Assembly (NCBI GenBank): GCA_963785305.1
Contig: CAWAUV010000008.1
Coordinates: 384,001-448,000 of the forward strand
Direction of reading: 5' to 3'
DNA length: 64,000 nt
DNA from: an uncultured Planctomycetaceae bacterium
Lineage (GTDB): Bacteria > Planctomycetota > Planctomycetia > Pirellulales > PALSA-1355
The translations under genes were made by a program, and so were the position numbers. This document shows positions 33,981 to 46,230 of this stretch, one piece after another. Numbering within the stretch: position 1 is the first letter of the stretch; each line of letters begins with the position of its first letter. The notes under the pieces were generated by a model. The model did not search any database, was not told the origin of the DNA, and worked only from the letters and a program-made list of their open reading frames with translations.

Positions 33981-34456
33981 GGGCAAAAGGCGGCGCCAGC
34001 GGGGGCGTCGTTCAAAAAATGACGGAGGCGTTATTTGGTCGAGCCCCGTTGGTTGGGGCGATGTGTCGAGCATGGCGCACGGGCCCGCAAAGATCAAGCG
34101 GCCGCGGGGCGCCGGTGGTCGATAGTAAACATGGGTAGCGTTGCTGACTTCTCCGCGTCTCCGCGACTCCGCGTGAATATCTTTGTCGAAAGGTCCAGCG
34201 GCTTTATCATCTGCCGAAATCGGGGGGATCTCACGCGGAGGCGCGGAGGAGGACAAGGCCGCCGGCGATGTTGGGGTCTATTGGGCGGAAAGGGCGGCGG
34301 CGGTTGATAGTAAACATGGGGAGCGCGGCGGGCTCGCGGCTCGCGCAACGCGGAATCTGGCAATGCCTAGTTGGCATTGGCCAGGATTTTTGCGAGAATA
34401 GTTTCCGGTCGGCGTCCCAGCCGCCCACTCCCTTCTCTCTCTTCAGGAACAGAGCC

Positions 34457-35511
34457 ATGCGACGCCCCCAATCGAACTCCGGCCGCGCGATTCGTCACGG
34501 TTTCACACTGGTTGAACTGCTGGTGGTGATCGCCATCATCGGCACATTGGCGGCGCTCTTGCTGCCGGCGGTGCAGTCGGCTCGCGAATCCGGGCGCACG
34601 CGACCTGCCTGAACAATCAAAAGGAAATCGCGCTCGCGGTGATTAGCTACGAGACATCGAAACAAAAGCTGCCCGGCGCCTGGGGCAATCTCAACGTAAT
34701 TCCGTCGGGCGGCACGACTCCCATTTCAACGGCCTTCGAGTGGCCCATGTTGATTATGCCGAACATCGCTCGCAACGACATCTACACCTCGATCATTCAG
34801 CCCACCGCGACACTTACGATCACCGCGGCGAACGCCCCAACGATCGCGCTGTTCAACTGTCCGAGCGCTCCGCCCTCGAGTTCCGCGGCCATCATGCACT
34901 ATGCGGTCAATTGCGGCATGCAGGATCAAGTCTCGACCACGGCGGGCATTCCCAATGATTGGCAGGCCAACGGCGTGTTCTTCACCAATGGCGCCTATTC
35001 CTCGCCGACGCTCACGATTCAGTCCGGCGTGCCGACCGTGACACAGACACTCAGCTATATCAACCGCTACGATGGTGGCTCGAACACGATCATGCTGTCG
35101 GAAAACCTGGACACGGAAAACTGGATCGGCGAGTATCCGGCCGCGAGCGGCGCGACGAGCAACGAATGGGAGATTGGCATCCTGTGGTTCGCGACGGATT
35201 CGCCCACGGTTCCGCTCAATCGTCAAGGCGGGATGGCGTTGAGCTCCTCGGCGCAAGTGAACTTTGCCCGACCTTCGAGCATGCATCCCGGGGGATTCGT
35301 GGTTGCCATGTGCGATGGGAGCGCGAAATTTCTGAGCCAAGATATCGTGTATAACGTCTATGGTCGCCTGATGACGCCGCGCGGCAACACGCCCAACTCG
35401 ACCAGCGGCGCTCCGGTGATGATGTATCAGGCGCCCGGATCGAAGAACTTCGTTTCTTATCCCTCGTCCACTTGGACGAATCCGATCAGCGAGACCGATC
35501 TCAATCCGTAA
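34457..35511 (+). CDS. DUF1559 prepilin-type N-terminal cleavage/methylation protein, frameshift near 34600
   Basis: '[15 protein letters not shown]...[13 protein letters not shown]', 'FNCPS', '[16 protein letters not shown]' (H-X9-DG). Confidence 0.9.
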
Positions 35512-35587
35512 GCATCGGCGCACACCGCTGACGACCAGCATTGAAACGCATTCAACTACCGCACGATTTTACGAGAGAAGGCGGCCC

Positions 35588-36813
35588 ATGAAACACGGTA
35601 TTCGACAACTCGCTCGCTCGACGCGTGGTTTCACGCTCGTCGAGCTCTTGGTCGTGATCGCCATCATCGGCATTCTCATCGCCTTGCTCTTGCCCGCGGT
35701 GCAGGCCGCTCGGGAGTCGGGCCGGCGGATCTCGTGCGCACAACAACATGAAGCAGCTTGGCGTGGCCTCGCAGGCCTACGAATCCACGTTTCAAAAGTT
35801 CCCCTACGCTCGCAAATACGACTTCACCGGCACGACGCCGCCCGGGAACGGCAATCCGGCGGGGCTATCGAACGCCTTGGCCGGCATGATGTCGTACACC
35901 TGGTATCACTGCTTGCTTACGAACTTGGATCAAGGGGCACTGTTTCAACAATACGGCACCATCAACGCTCAGTCGACGCCGAGCACCTCGGTCTCGGGCA
36001 ATCCGACCGGAGTCACGTATCTGGGCACCGCGAGCCAGGCGCTCACCCAGGCCCGGAGCACTCCGATCGCCAATATGTTTTGCCCTTCGGATTCGGCGGC
36101 CCAAGTCAGCCCGATGACGAACACGACGCTCAATCGAGCCCGCGGCAATTATGCCGGCTCGTGCGGCACCGTGCCGCTGATGTTCATGAACGGCACGAGC
36201 GCTTACACATATGGCGGGGCCACCGGTAGCTCGGGCGGCGCGGGCAGCGGCCCGATCTACTATGGCGGCCAAGGCATGTACAACGTGAATCAGAATCAAA
36301 GTTTCGACAATCCGTTGCCCTCGGGCGCGGCGCTGCTCAATCAGGTGCGCAGGCGCCGATGTGCGCGACGGGCTCTCGAAGACCTTGATGTATGCCGAAG
36401 TCATCGGCGGCACGATTCCCGACCCGGCCACCGGGAGTGCTCAAACCGGTTCCTCGGTCATGGGCGATATCCAAGCCTCGACCATGGGCGGGGCCTTCGT
36501 CTCGGAATACTACGGTCCGAATTCGACGGTTCCCGATAAGGTCATGACCTGCCCCGCCGATATCGGCGACAGCGGCTACCCCTCGACCCCCAACGTGATT
36601 TGCAGCGATGGCGGCGCCGATACCAGCGGCTATGCCTCGGCCCGTAGCCGGCATCCGGGCGGGGTCAATGCGGCGCTGGCCGATGGCTCCGTGCATTTCG
36701 TCGATGAGGGCATCAGCATTCCGATCTGGCAAGCGCTTGGCACGATCAAGAACGCCGTGAACTCGAACGGCTCGACCGGCGCCGCCGAACCCGGCCTGCC
36801 GACCGACTTTTAG
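35588..36813 (+). CDS. DUF1559 prepilin-type protein, frameshifts near 35740 and 36350
   Basis: '[34 protein letters not shown]', 'FCPSD', '[11 protein letters not shown]', '[18 protein letters not shown]'. Confidence 0.9.
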
Positions 36814-36893
36814 AGCCTATTCGAGAACTTCGGTGAGCCCTCGCCCTACCCTCTCCCAAAGGGAGAGGGGGAGTCGTCGGTCGGATAGGCTCT
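36812..36893. repeat. Family A miniature inverted-repeat element between convergent genes (possible terminator)
   Basis: AGAGCCTATTCGAGAAC...CCCTCTCCCAAAGGGAGAGGG...TCGGATAGGCTCT. Confidence 0.75.
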
Positions 36894-36980
36894 TAATGGG
36901 CTTGGCCGCCAACTCGGCGATCTTCGCCGATCGCACGATTTCAATTGAAACGACGCCTTGGATTCGGTTCGCGCTCGATT

Positions 36981-39900
36981 CTATTCGAAGAGCAAGTACC
37001 CGAAGCCTTCGGGTCGCGCGGATACCGCGGCCGGCGTGGTCCAAGATTGAAAGCCCACCCCGGGCGCCACTCGCTGCGCCCCCACGGCCCAGGCTCGCTT
37101 CGGCGCGGGCCGATCGGTGGTCAGTTCCCCGAGCGGAATCGCCGCTTCGAGCGTCCAATCTTCTTGCGTGGCGGCGTGGGCCACGAACCAGCGCGGGTTC
37201 CAACTGGCGTCGCCCCAGCAGTCGTCGCGAGTCCAACCCCGATGATCGACCGTGAGCCGATAATAGGTTGTCCAGTCGCGATCCAGATCCACGAGGAATT
37301 CGACGCGGTCGCGCTCCGTGAGATCGGCGTCGCGCGGCCGGGCAATTGTCGGTGGCTTCGCGCTCTGGGCCGCTTCGGCGGTCGACCGTTCGGCGGCAGC
37401 GCTCGCGCGCCCAACGTCGCTCGCGCGCCCAACGTCGCTTGCGGGACTTTTGCAACTCGCGGCTAAGTACAGATAGTCGTCGTCGTAGGCCATCATCGCG
37501 ACCGCGGGCCAAGCAGTGTCGTCGCCGAGCGCGCCATGCAGCTCGACATGTTCGGCGCCTTGCCACGCGGCGTCGTTGAGTTTGCCATCGAGCAGCGGTC
37601 TGGCGGCGGCGCGGCGGCAGCGCCAGATTTTCTTTGGCGGCTCGCCGAGGTCCGAAGCCAAGCGACCGTCGCCGAGCAGCGTTTCCCCTTGGGCCGCGGC
37701 CCACCAGGCGTCGTGGGCTCGCGATCGGACGACGTTCAGATAGTCAGCGCTCCGCTTGGCGCGGCAAACCCTCGCCGCGCAGCGCCGCGGCCAAGGGAAA
37801 TCGCACGAACGGCTCGGCGAACAGTTGCGGCGAAAGCTGCTCGAGCTGCTTGCCACGCGCCGCGGCGAGCGCGGGCCAACCATCGGGCCGCAGTCCGGCG
37901 GCGCCGGCGGTCGTAAGCTCCCGGGTCTCGCCCAGCGGCTCATGGGCCACGGCCGGCTTCACGCCATCGAACCGCCGCGGCGGTCGGGCATCGGGCGCGC
38001 GGCGCCGCGGCGGCGATCTTTTCAGCCACCAGCCCTTGTCCGCCTCGAGCCCGATGCCGAGCCTCGCCACTCGCATAATACTGCGCGAGCCACACGAGCG
38101 ACGAAGCCGCCAGCGGATGGCTCGGATAACGCTCGACCAGCAGTTCGCGGAGCTCGGCCGCCGATTGCCACTGGCCGCGATGATGATAGCGATCGGCCAG
38201 CCGGTCGAGCACGGCGGCGGCCGACGCTGGCTCGAGCGACGCGACCAGCGAACCGGCCTCGGCCAGCCAGCCGGCGTCGCTCGCGGCGGCCGGTGGAGCG
38301 TGGTTTGCCGGGCGCGTCGCGGAATCGGTTGCGGTCCCAGCGGAGTCGGCCCGGGCAAACAGTGCATCAAGGTTGCGGCGTGTCTGAGCGGCCCGCTTGA
38401 GCGATTCGAGATTCCGCGCCGCAGTAGCCGGCAGCATGCGCCGCGCATCGCCACCGGGCGATATCGCGAAGCCGCTAAAAAAATCGCGAGCCGGAGCGGC
38501 GTCGCGCGGGGCACCGCCCGGCCGCGCGTCCTCGCCGCGCGCGGTCTTGGACCACGCGGAACGGGAGATCGGTCGTCGGCGCGCAGGCTCATCAGCAGTT
38601 CATGTCCGGCGCCGGCCAGTTCGACATAGGATCGCCCGAGCCGCGGCGCGAGTTGTGATATTTCCACCGAGAGCGTGCCGGCCCCGCCTGGCGCGGCGGC
38701 GGCGACCACTCGCGAAGTCGCCCAGGGAGCGAGGCCGGCGAGCGTCAGTTGCTCGCTGTACCAAGTGGGATCGGCCGCATGTTCGACCGCCGCGAGCACC
38801 GTTTTCGACACCAACTGTTCGGCGGCGTCGTCGCTGGCGTCGGCGGTCACGATCAGCGTCGGCCGCCAGCGGCGAATGTCGGCCACGAGCCGCGCTTCCA
38901 GGCGAGCGAGGCCATGGGAATCGCTCGCGCGATCGAGGCCCTCGACCACGCGCTCGGCCCCGAGCCGCAATTCCGTCTGACGCATCGGAAAACGCCAATC
39001 CCGCTCGCCGGCCGAGCCACCGGCCGCGACCACCGCTTCGTGAATCGTCGCCTCGGAGTCGGCCGCGGTCGCGGCGCCGTCGAGATCATGACGCCCGCAA
39101 ACGATCGCGGCCGAGAGATAACCTTCATCAGCCGAAAGCCGGGCCAAGAGCTCGAGCGGAAGATGTCGCGCGGCGCTGAAGCAGCCGAGCACCGCCGCCC
39201 GGCTTGCGGGCGATCGCTGGCGGCGCCAGGTGTGGCCGCCATCGCTCGTGGCGAGGATCGTGCCCAGATCGCCCACGGCCCAGCCGTGTTCCGCGTCGAC
39301 AAACGTCAGGCCGCGAATCGCGGTGGGTGAGCCGGTAGGTTCGGCGGTCCAAGATTGGCCCGCGTCGGGCGAGTGGAACACGCGCGAACCCGGCGACCCG
39401 GCGATCCAGGCCTGAGCGCCTTGAGTGGCGATGGCATGAAAGTCGAACAGATCACGATAGGCGCCATCGAGCGCGCCGCGCGGCGACAGCCACGAACGAC
39501 CGAGATCGCCGCTTTGAAAGATCCACGCCCCGTCGCCCACGGCCCAGAGCAGCGGCGCTCCACCGGCCCGCAAGCGATGCCACTGGCGAAGGCTAGGGTC
39601 GGAGAACCGCGAGCGCTCGACCGCCCGGCGCCGCACCGCGGCGAGCGCGCCGCTTGGGCCGGCCACGGCGCCCGAGAGCGGATCGGCAAAAAAGCCGGTG
39701 GTCCAAGCGACGCCATCGGCCGAGGGCAGCGGGGTCCAGCTATGCCCGCCATCGTCGGTCGTGAAGAGATTCGTGGGAAACAGACTCGATGCCCGAGTGA
39801 TGGCCCAGCCATGGAGTGGATCGAAAAACGCGAGCGATTCGATGGCCGGCAACAGCAGCTTGCGATCTTGCGACCAATGTTCGCCGCCGTCGCGCGTCGC

Positions 39901-40286
39901 GAGGAGCACGCCTTGGCTGACCGATGCGCCGTGTCCGGCCCGGTCGCCGGGCGCCGTCATTCCGCCGGCGGCCCAGCCGCGCCGGGCATCGAGAAACACC
40001 ACGGTCGAAAGCCGGCAATCAACGCCGGACGCTTGCAACCGCCATCGCTCGCCGCCATCGGTCGTGGCCCAAATCGCGCCACGGTCGCCGACGGCCCAGC
40101 CGTGGGCGGCATCGACAAATGTGACTTCGGCCAATTGCGAGTCGGAGCGCATCGCGTCGAGATTTTCGTCGGCGAATAGGGCGCCCACTGTGGCAATGCA
40201 ACACGCGGCCGCGATGAACGCTTCGCCGAGCAGGCGCGCGATTTGCCTCGCCCTTGGCAGAGCGCGGGCAAAAGCCGCTGGCGCAT
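36981..40286 (-). CDS. YCF48/BNR-repeat multidomain exported protein with C-terminal CBM9-like domain, several frameshifts; start uncertain
   Basis: Repeats 'FVDAAHGWAVGDRGAIWATTDGGERW', 'WAVGDLGTILATSDGGHTW'; C-terminal 'PLLDGKLNDAAW...AYDDDYLYLA...DRVEFLVDLDRD...WTLEAAIP'. Confidence 0.75.
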
Positions 40287-40523
40287 GGCAGCGCTCCGCT
40301 TAAGAAGCAGCGGCGCGACGCAATTCGTGGGTCTTCCGTGACCACGCATAAATATCGAGTGCGTAGGATTCGATCCGAACCGACGGCGCCGAGACGACGC
40401 TTCGAGCGCATCTCGCGGCGGTTGGGAGATTATAGGTCAACTGCGCCAAGCGACCTAGAGCGGAACGCGGCGTTCTTCGAGAGCGGCCGGACTCGCCGCC
40501 GAGTGTTCCGGAACGCTGCCCGC

Positions 40524-42039
40524 TCATTCAGGGAGCGGAAGCGATGACTCACACGGCGACTTGGTCCATGCCGAGTCAAGCGACTGAAAGTCGCACGACG
40601 AACAGCGAAACGACTCCCAGCAGAGGATCGGCCGGTCGAGAAACTGGAAATCTTTCGAGAATATATTGCCGGTGGGAGCGTAGTGCGGCAACGCCAATCG
40701 ATCGAATAGCTTGCTGCGATCGATCGCGCTCATGCAAGTGTATACGTCTCCGAGTTCGTCGACATTGACGCGTTGCGAGCCGGCCGGACAAAAAATCGGC
40801 GACCTTCCGGCCAATTCGGGCTGTCCCTTGACTTCCCAAAACTGGGGCCGGTCGAAATTCCAGCCACGCACCGCGCCCAAGTCTTTGGTATGGGCGGCGG
40901 CCTTGTCGACCCAGCCTCGCATTTCGGCCATCAGCGCCGCGTCTCGCCCCACGGGATCATGCGCCGCGGGCACGTAGGGGTCGAACCGCAACGAAATGCC
41001 CAGTTCGCGGCAACGCTCGAATGCCTCGCCGGCCACGGGTAGGTTCTGAGGATAAAGCACCATCTCGACCATGAGGCCGCGATAGCCCGCGGCGTGCAAG
41101 CGGCCCAGTTTCGCGAAATACTCGGCCGGCTCGATCTGCGTGGGATGCAGACTGAGCACGAGCTCGCGAAAGCGATCGGGCGCCACATGCTCCAGGAATC
41201 GATCGACCGAAAAGCTCCGGCCGAAATTTGAGTGCATCACCAGCTCGATGTCGTGCGGCAGGAGGCCGATGAATTCCGGCAATTGTTTATACAGCGTCGG
41301 CTCGCCGCCCGTCAAAAAAAGCTCTCGCGGCTTGAGTCGCTGGAAGCTCGCGGCCCATGTCTCGGGAGCAATCCGATTGGCGCGGCCGGCGCGGTACATA
41401 TCCGCCGATACTTCCTGCCAGCAATAAGCACAAGCGAAATTACACTTCCAGGTGACGAACCACTGCACGCTGCGCGGAATCGCCGCCGCGGCTTGCCGCG
41501 AGCGTTCGCGCAATCGCCAATCGCTCGGGAGCGGCGCTGCGCGAGCAGATGCCGAAGTAGTCGTAATAATCGTCGCGCACGGTTGCGGATTCGATCTCGA
41601 ACGACACGTCGGACCCGAAATGAACGACCGGCGCTTTGAGCAGCGCGGCGCGAGGAATCGCCAAACTGTGCGAACGACGATTTTTGAGCACTCGCCCGGC
41701 GGTCTCGAAGTCGGCGCAGCGATACTTGATATCGCCACCACGGCCGGCGTGATTCTGGTAGATGATGTCAATGTAGACATAGTCGCCCGTCGCGGGAAAC
41801 CGGGTCAGCTCCAAGCTGCCGTGGCAGCGCGACTCGACGGTTTCGATCGTCACGCGGGCATCGGTCGGGCAACCGTTGGGCGTAGACGACGGCTCCGGTT
41901 CATCGCCCGCCTCGCGGAAGGCCCCGGCGCTGGGAAGAATCGGTAGCGAAAGCACTGTTCCCGGCATTGCCTCCGCCAGTTGTGCGTCCATGACGTCTGC
42001 GTTCCTTGCGTTAACGTGCGGAAATGCGGCGATCGCCAT
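40524..42039 (-). CDS. Radical SAM protein with unknown N-terminal domain and C-terminal Cys cluster (twitch/SPASM-like), frameshift near 41500
   Basis: 'WKCNFACAYC', 'LTGGEPTL', 'CPAG...GDVYTC...CWESFRCSSCD'. Confidence 0.75.
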
Positions 42040-42063
42040 GGATTCCCATCGGGGCCCGGCGTG

Positions 42064-42216
42064 AGCAGCCCGTGGAAAAATGCCATCGTGACATTTTTCA
42101 ACCTCGCCAAGCGCCGAGCAAAGCTCGTCGCGGCTCGCAAAATAACGACTTAGGTCGTAATTTTGACACCGCATCCATGCGGCGGCGCAGCCTGTTGAAT
42201 ATTTCAACAGGCTGCT
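42064..42216. mobile_element. ~153-bp MITE-like element, family B
   Basis: Imperfect terminal inverted repeats AGCAGCCCGTGGAAA / TTTCAACAGGCTGCT followed by AG; partial inverted copy at 14841-14950; related end-like sequences at 9510-9568 and 42344-42378. Confidence 0.65.
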
Positions 42217-42374
42217 AGACAAGGTCCGCACGCGAGCGGAGTTTTCGGGTCCACTGCAAGAATATCGGTCGCGGCGGTGGGGGAAGATGATCCGAAATGG
42301 CAAAATCAAACGATTTTGCGGAATGTGCCGCCTAGAATCGCTGCTAGCAAGCTGTTGAAGTATTCAACGTGCTG

Positions 42375-43547
42375 CTATCCGGCCTGCCGCAATGCGGCTG
42401 GCGGTTGCGCGGGCCGAGCGTTTGCCGGCAAAAGCAAGGGCGAGTTGCCACGGTCGCCGAACCAGGCCAGCCCTTCGACGACCAGATCGACCAACAGGCG
42501 GCCATTTGCCGGCAAGCCGGTGTCGTCGATGTCGACGACGAAGCTCTCACCCGGGGCGATGTCGCGCGGCATTGCGATCCGTCGAAAATCCCGATTCGTC
42601 ACGCCTTCTTGCCGTGATTGAAGCCCCACCTGGACGCATCCCCAGGATAGCCGCGAATCTTTCAGCCAATGTGTGCGGCTGATGTTCGTTATGCGCACAC
42701 GCATGGGGTCGCCACCGCCGCTCACCAGCGTAAATTTGGCGCGCAAATCGCGAGGATACAGCGAATTGGGCCACGGCAACGCATCCAACCAGGGAGTCGC
42801 GCCGTCGGGCTTGCGGCCGAAGAAATAGATGCCGCTAGGAATCGTCGAACGTTCGATGACATGGTCTGGCAGCCATTCGTCGATCGCCACGAGAACGTTA
42901 CCGATCGAATAATAGGCATGGCGAACGCAGCGTTGATACCAAGGCGCCAGCCACAGGCTCTTCGCGAGCGCATTCGCCATTTGCACCACGCTGGATACCG
43001 GGCCGACGCACGCTCCGCTGTCGATCCGCCGGCAAAACTTGAGCGCTTCGGCCAAGCCCGGCTTCGTCAAGCGTCGGTAGTCTTCGAAATGCACCCCGCG
43101 GCCATCGTGGGTGTGATAGTGCTGAACGAACGGAATTTCGACATACACGTGGCCGCCCGGCTTGAGCACGCGATTCATTTCCGAGGTGACAGCCGCTAGA
43201 TCGCGAACATGTTCGAGCACGGCGTTCGAGATAATCACATCGATGCTCTCGTCGGCTATCGGCAGCTTTTCGGCGTCTCCCACGATGTCGATATTGGCGC
43301 CTGGAAATAGGTTCAGATTGATTTCCAGGGGGTGGTTCCGTTGGGGCCCCCCGCCGATATGCACCACGCGCTCGCCCGGCCGATAGATGATGGGACTGCG
43401 CAGCAGGAAGCGATCCATTTGGTAATGATGCAGCGGTTCGCGAGTGACAAGGCGAAGCAGATTCCGCATCTCATCTCCAGCCAGGGCGCGTGCCAGCATC
43501 TCTTGCGAGGGCGACGGAGCGCGGAATCGTTCCAGGTTTGCTTGCAA
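42375..43547 (-). CDS. Class I SAM-dependent methyltransferase-domain protein with C-terminal beta domain
   Basis: 'VVHIGGG', 'DIVGDAEKLPIADESIDVIISNAVLEHV', 'RVLKPGGHVYVEIPF', 'EDYRR'. Confidence 0.8.
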   Translation of the reverse strand: MQANLERFRAPSPSQEMLARALAGDEMRNLLRLVTREPLHHYQMDRFLLRSPIIYRPGERVVHIGGGPQRNHPLEINLNLFPGANIDIVGDAEKLPIADESIDVIISNAVLEHVRDLAAVTSEMNRVLKPGGHVYVEIPFVQHYHTHDGRGVHFEDYRRLTKPGLAEALKFCRRIDSGACVGPVSSVVQMANALAKSLWLAPWYQRCVRHAYYSIGNVLVAIDEWLPDHVIERSTIPSGIYFFGRKPDGATPWLDALPWPNSLYPRDLRAKFTLVSGGGDPMRVRITNISRTHWLKDSRLSWGCVQVGLQSRQEGVTNRDFRRIAMPRDIAPGESFVVDIDDTGLPANGRLLVDLVVEGLAWFGDRGNSPLLLPANARPAQPPAALRQAG

Positions 43548-43881
43548 GGGTCAAGAGCATTCGCGGGCTCGCCCGCGACATAAGCCCTCGTGCCTGGGGT
43601 GATTTGCAATGGGGTTTGCGGGTCGGCGCAGGGCGATCCTTCTCCATTCGCGGCCGCTTTTCGCTACTTTCCGACGGCAAAAAATACCCGGCTCGTTCGC
43701 TTCGCGACAGTTGTGAACCACTCCCGGTGAGCCTAGAATGTCCGGTCCGAGGGCCAAGTTGCTCGCCTGCCGGCGCTAGCCGCGGCGACCGCCTTTCCAA
43801 TCCACCGTTCGGGCGACCGTTCGGGAACACGAACTGATCTCGCGCTCGGAATTAATTCTCGCGCAATGGGGGAGCTCTGGC

Positions 43882-46170
43882 ATGTTAAGCGACGTTAAAG
43901 CATTTCGCGTTGGGAACGCCTTGATTGCCGCCGCGGTTCTCGCGGTCGCCGTGGTGGGCTCGCTTTCAGGGTGGACTCGCGAGGCCGGAGCGGCCGAGCC
44001 GAGTCCGCTGGCGGCCAAGGTCGCCGGCTCGCTCGATTTCGTGCCCAGCGATGTGAGCTTCTATTCGGTCTCGCTCCGCACCAAGGAGCAACTCGACCTC
44101 GTGCTCGAGAGCAATGCCTGGAAGAAACTCAAATCGCTGCCTTCCGTGAAGTCGGCTTGGCAACAATTTGAAAGCCAGTGGACCGACGGGCCGCTCGCGC
44201 AGTTTGCCGCCCTCTTGCAGATGCCCGAAAACGAAGAGTTGATCTCGCTCCTGGGCGATATGAGCGGAAGCGAAGTGTTCATGTATGGCGACCAGCGTCT
44301 CAACGACGCGCTGGACCTGATGAACGAAGTCAACAACGCCAGCCGGCTCTCGACGATCGCCGCCAGCATTCAAGCCATGAAGGGCAATTTCAACGAGGGT
44401 TCGGCCATGCTTCAGAGCCGCGCCGTGCTCGACACCTTGGCCGACAATCTCGACATTCTGACGATGCCCACCGTGGTGTTTGGGTTCAAGGTCAAGGACG
44501 CGACCGTGGCCTCGCGGCAGCTCAAGCGGCTCGAACTGCTCACCAAAATGGCGCTCGGACAGGCCCCCATGTTTCGCAGCCGCTTCGAGCGCAAGAAAAT
44601 CGGCGAGGGCGATTATCTGAACTTCACGCTCGATGGCAGCCTCGTGCCCTGGGAGGAATACGACCTCGAACACGTCGCCGCCGAGCCGGGCCAATACGAT
44701 GCCCTGACCGAAAAGCTCAAAGCCTTCACGCTGGCGATCAGTCTTGGCACGTATAAGAACTATGTGCTCATCGGCCTTTCGAGCTCGACCGACCATCTGG
44801 CCGCGCTCGGCGCCGGTGAAACACTCGCTCGCGACGGACGGCTCGATATCGTGGGCAAGTTCGCCGACCAGCGACTGACCGGCGTGGCCTATATCAGCCA
44901 AGAACTCATGGCCCGGCTTCAGGGCACGCCCGACAATACCGACAATATCAAGGAGATGGTCGAAGTTCTGCTGGAAGAAGCCGATGTCGACGAAGAACTA
45001 AACAACAGAGTGCTCAAGGACGTCGCCGCCCTGTCGGCGGACCTCAAGGGGTTCATTCCGAAGCCGGGCGAACTGGTGTCTTTCAGTTTCCTGACTCCCC
45101 GCGGCATCGAAAGCTATGCATACGACCATTCCCAGAACCTCGCCCTCGATGGTTCGCGTCGTCTCGATCTACTCGAGCATATCGGCGGTTCACCGATTTT
45201 GGCCTCGGTGACGCGCGGGAAAGTATCGGTCGGCCAATACAAGACGCTGGTGAAGTGGGTTAAAGTCGCCGATGGTTACTTCGAGGACTTGGCGTTGCCG
45301 GCGATGAAGGACCAGGAGCGCGAGCGGTCGGAGAAGTTCCTCAAGCTATTTAAACCGCTCGCCGCGCGTTTTAACTCCACCACCATCGACAAGCTATTCC
45401 CTGCCTTGGCCGATGGCCAAGTCGCGGTCGTGGTCGATGACAAATGGAGCAGCAAGCAGTGGCTGCAAGCGGCGCCTGAAACCGCCAAGGCGATGGCGCT
45501 GCCCGAGCCGGCGCTGGTATTTGGAGTGACCGATCCCAAGTTGCTACGACAAGCGATGAGCGATTATCAGAACATCGCCGACGACGGCGTGGTGGCCCTG
45601 CGCAAAGCAGCGCCCGAGGTGGTCCCGCCCGATTTCAAACTGCCGCGTCCGGTGAAGCAGACCGCCGGCCCCGGCGAGGCATTTGTCTATAAAATTCCGG
45701 CCGAGGCGGGCCTCGACGCCCAAGTGGCGCCCAACGCGGCCTTGGGTGACCATACCGCGGTCTTGTCGCTCTCGGTCGCGCATTCCGCCCGGCTGCTCGC
45801 TTCGACACCCTATAAAGGCGCCGGCGCCCTGGCCGACACCCGCCAATCCCTGGCCAACGCCGTGGTCTGGAATTGGGCCGATGGCGTCGAACTGGCGTCG
45901 CCCTGGGTCCTGTTTGGCGTGAAAAACTACGGCGCGATCGCGATGCAAGCCGCCGCCGGCGCCGCGGGACTCGACAATGCCGACGATCCCGACGACAAGG
46001 GCGCCGTGAAGCCCGAAATGGAATTCGACGTGGAGGCCGTCTTGCCGCAAGTGCGAGATGGGCTGACGATCTTCAAAACCCTGCGCACCATCACCTCGTC
46101 GCTGCGCATCGACGAAACATCGGGCGCCATGATTCGCCACACCGAATTCTACTTCCAGGACCTCCCCTGA
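43882..46170 (+). CDS. Large exported hypothetical protein (762 aa)
   Basis: Long intact ORF with GC3-biased codons, signal peptide, SD GGGGAG. Confidence 0.75.
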   Translation: MLSDVKAFRVGNALIAAAVLAVAVVGSLSGWTREAGAAEPSPLAAKVAGSLDFVPSDVSFYSVSLRTKEQLDLVLESNAWKKLKSLPSVKSAWQQFESQWTDGPLAQFAALLQMPENEELISLLGDMSGSEVFMYGDQRLNDALDLMNEVNNASRLSTIAASIQAMKGNFNEGSAMLQSRAVLDTLADNLDILTMPTVVFGFKVKDATVASRQLKRLELLTKMALGQAPMFRSRFERKKIGEGDYLNFTLDGSLVPWEEYDLEHVAAEPGQYDALTEKLKAFTLAISLGTYKNYVLIGLSSSTDHLAALGAGETLARDGRLDIVGKFADQRLTGVAYISQELMARLQGTPDNTDNIKEMVEVLLEEADVDEELNNRVLKDVAALSADLKGFIPKPGELVSFSFLTPRGIESYAYDHSQNLALDGSRRLDLLEHIGGSPILASVTRGKVSVGQYKTLVKWVKVADGYFEDLALPAMKDQERERSEKFLKLFKPLAARFNSTTIDKLFPALADGQVAVVVDDKWSSKQWLQAAPETAKAMALPEPALVFGVTDPKLLRQAMSDYQNIADDGVVALRKAAPEVVPPDFKLPRPVKQTAGPGEAFVYKIPAEAGLDAQVAPNAALGDHTAVLSLSVAHSARLLASTPYKGAGALADTRQSLANAVVWNWADGVELASPWVLFGVKNYGAIAMQAAAGAAGLDNADDPDDKGAVKPEMEFDVEAVLPQVRDGLTIFKTLRTITSSLRIDETSGAMIRHTEFYFQDLP

Positions 46171-46230
46171 CCGATTGCGTGCCGCAACGGGCCGCGCGAT
46201 CGGCCCCGAACACACAGGCGAGACTCCGGC

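Noticed and set aside
37401..37440. 18-bp tandem duplication (ASDVGR x2) in the YCF48-like gene
   Set aside because: Small in-frame slippage in a linker; no wider structure.
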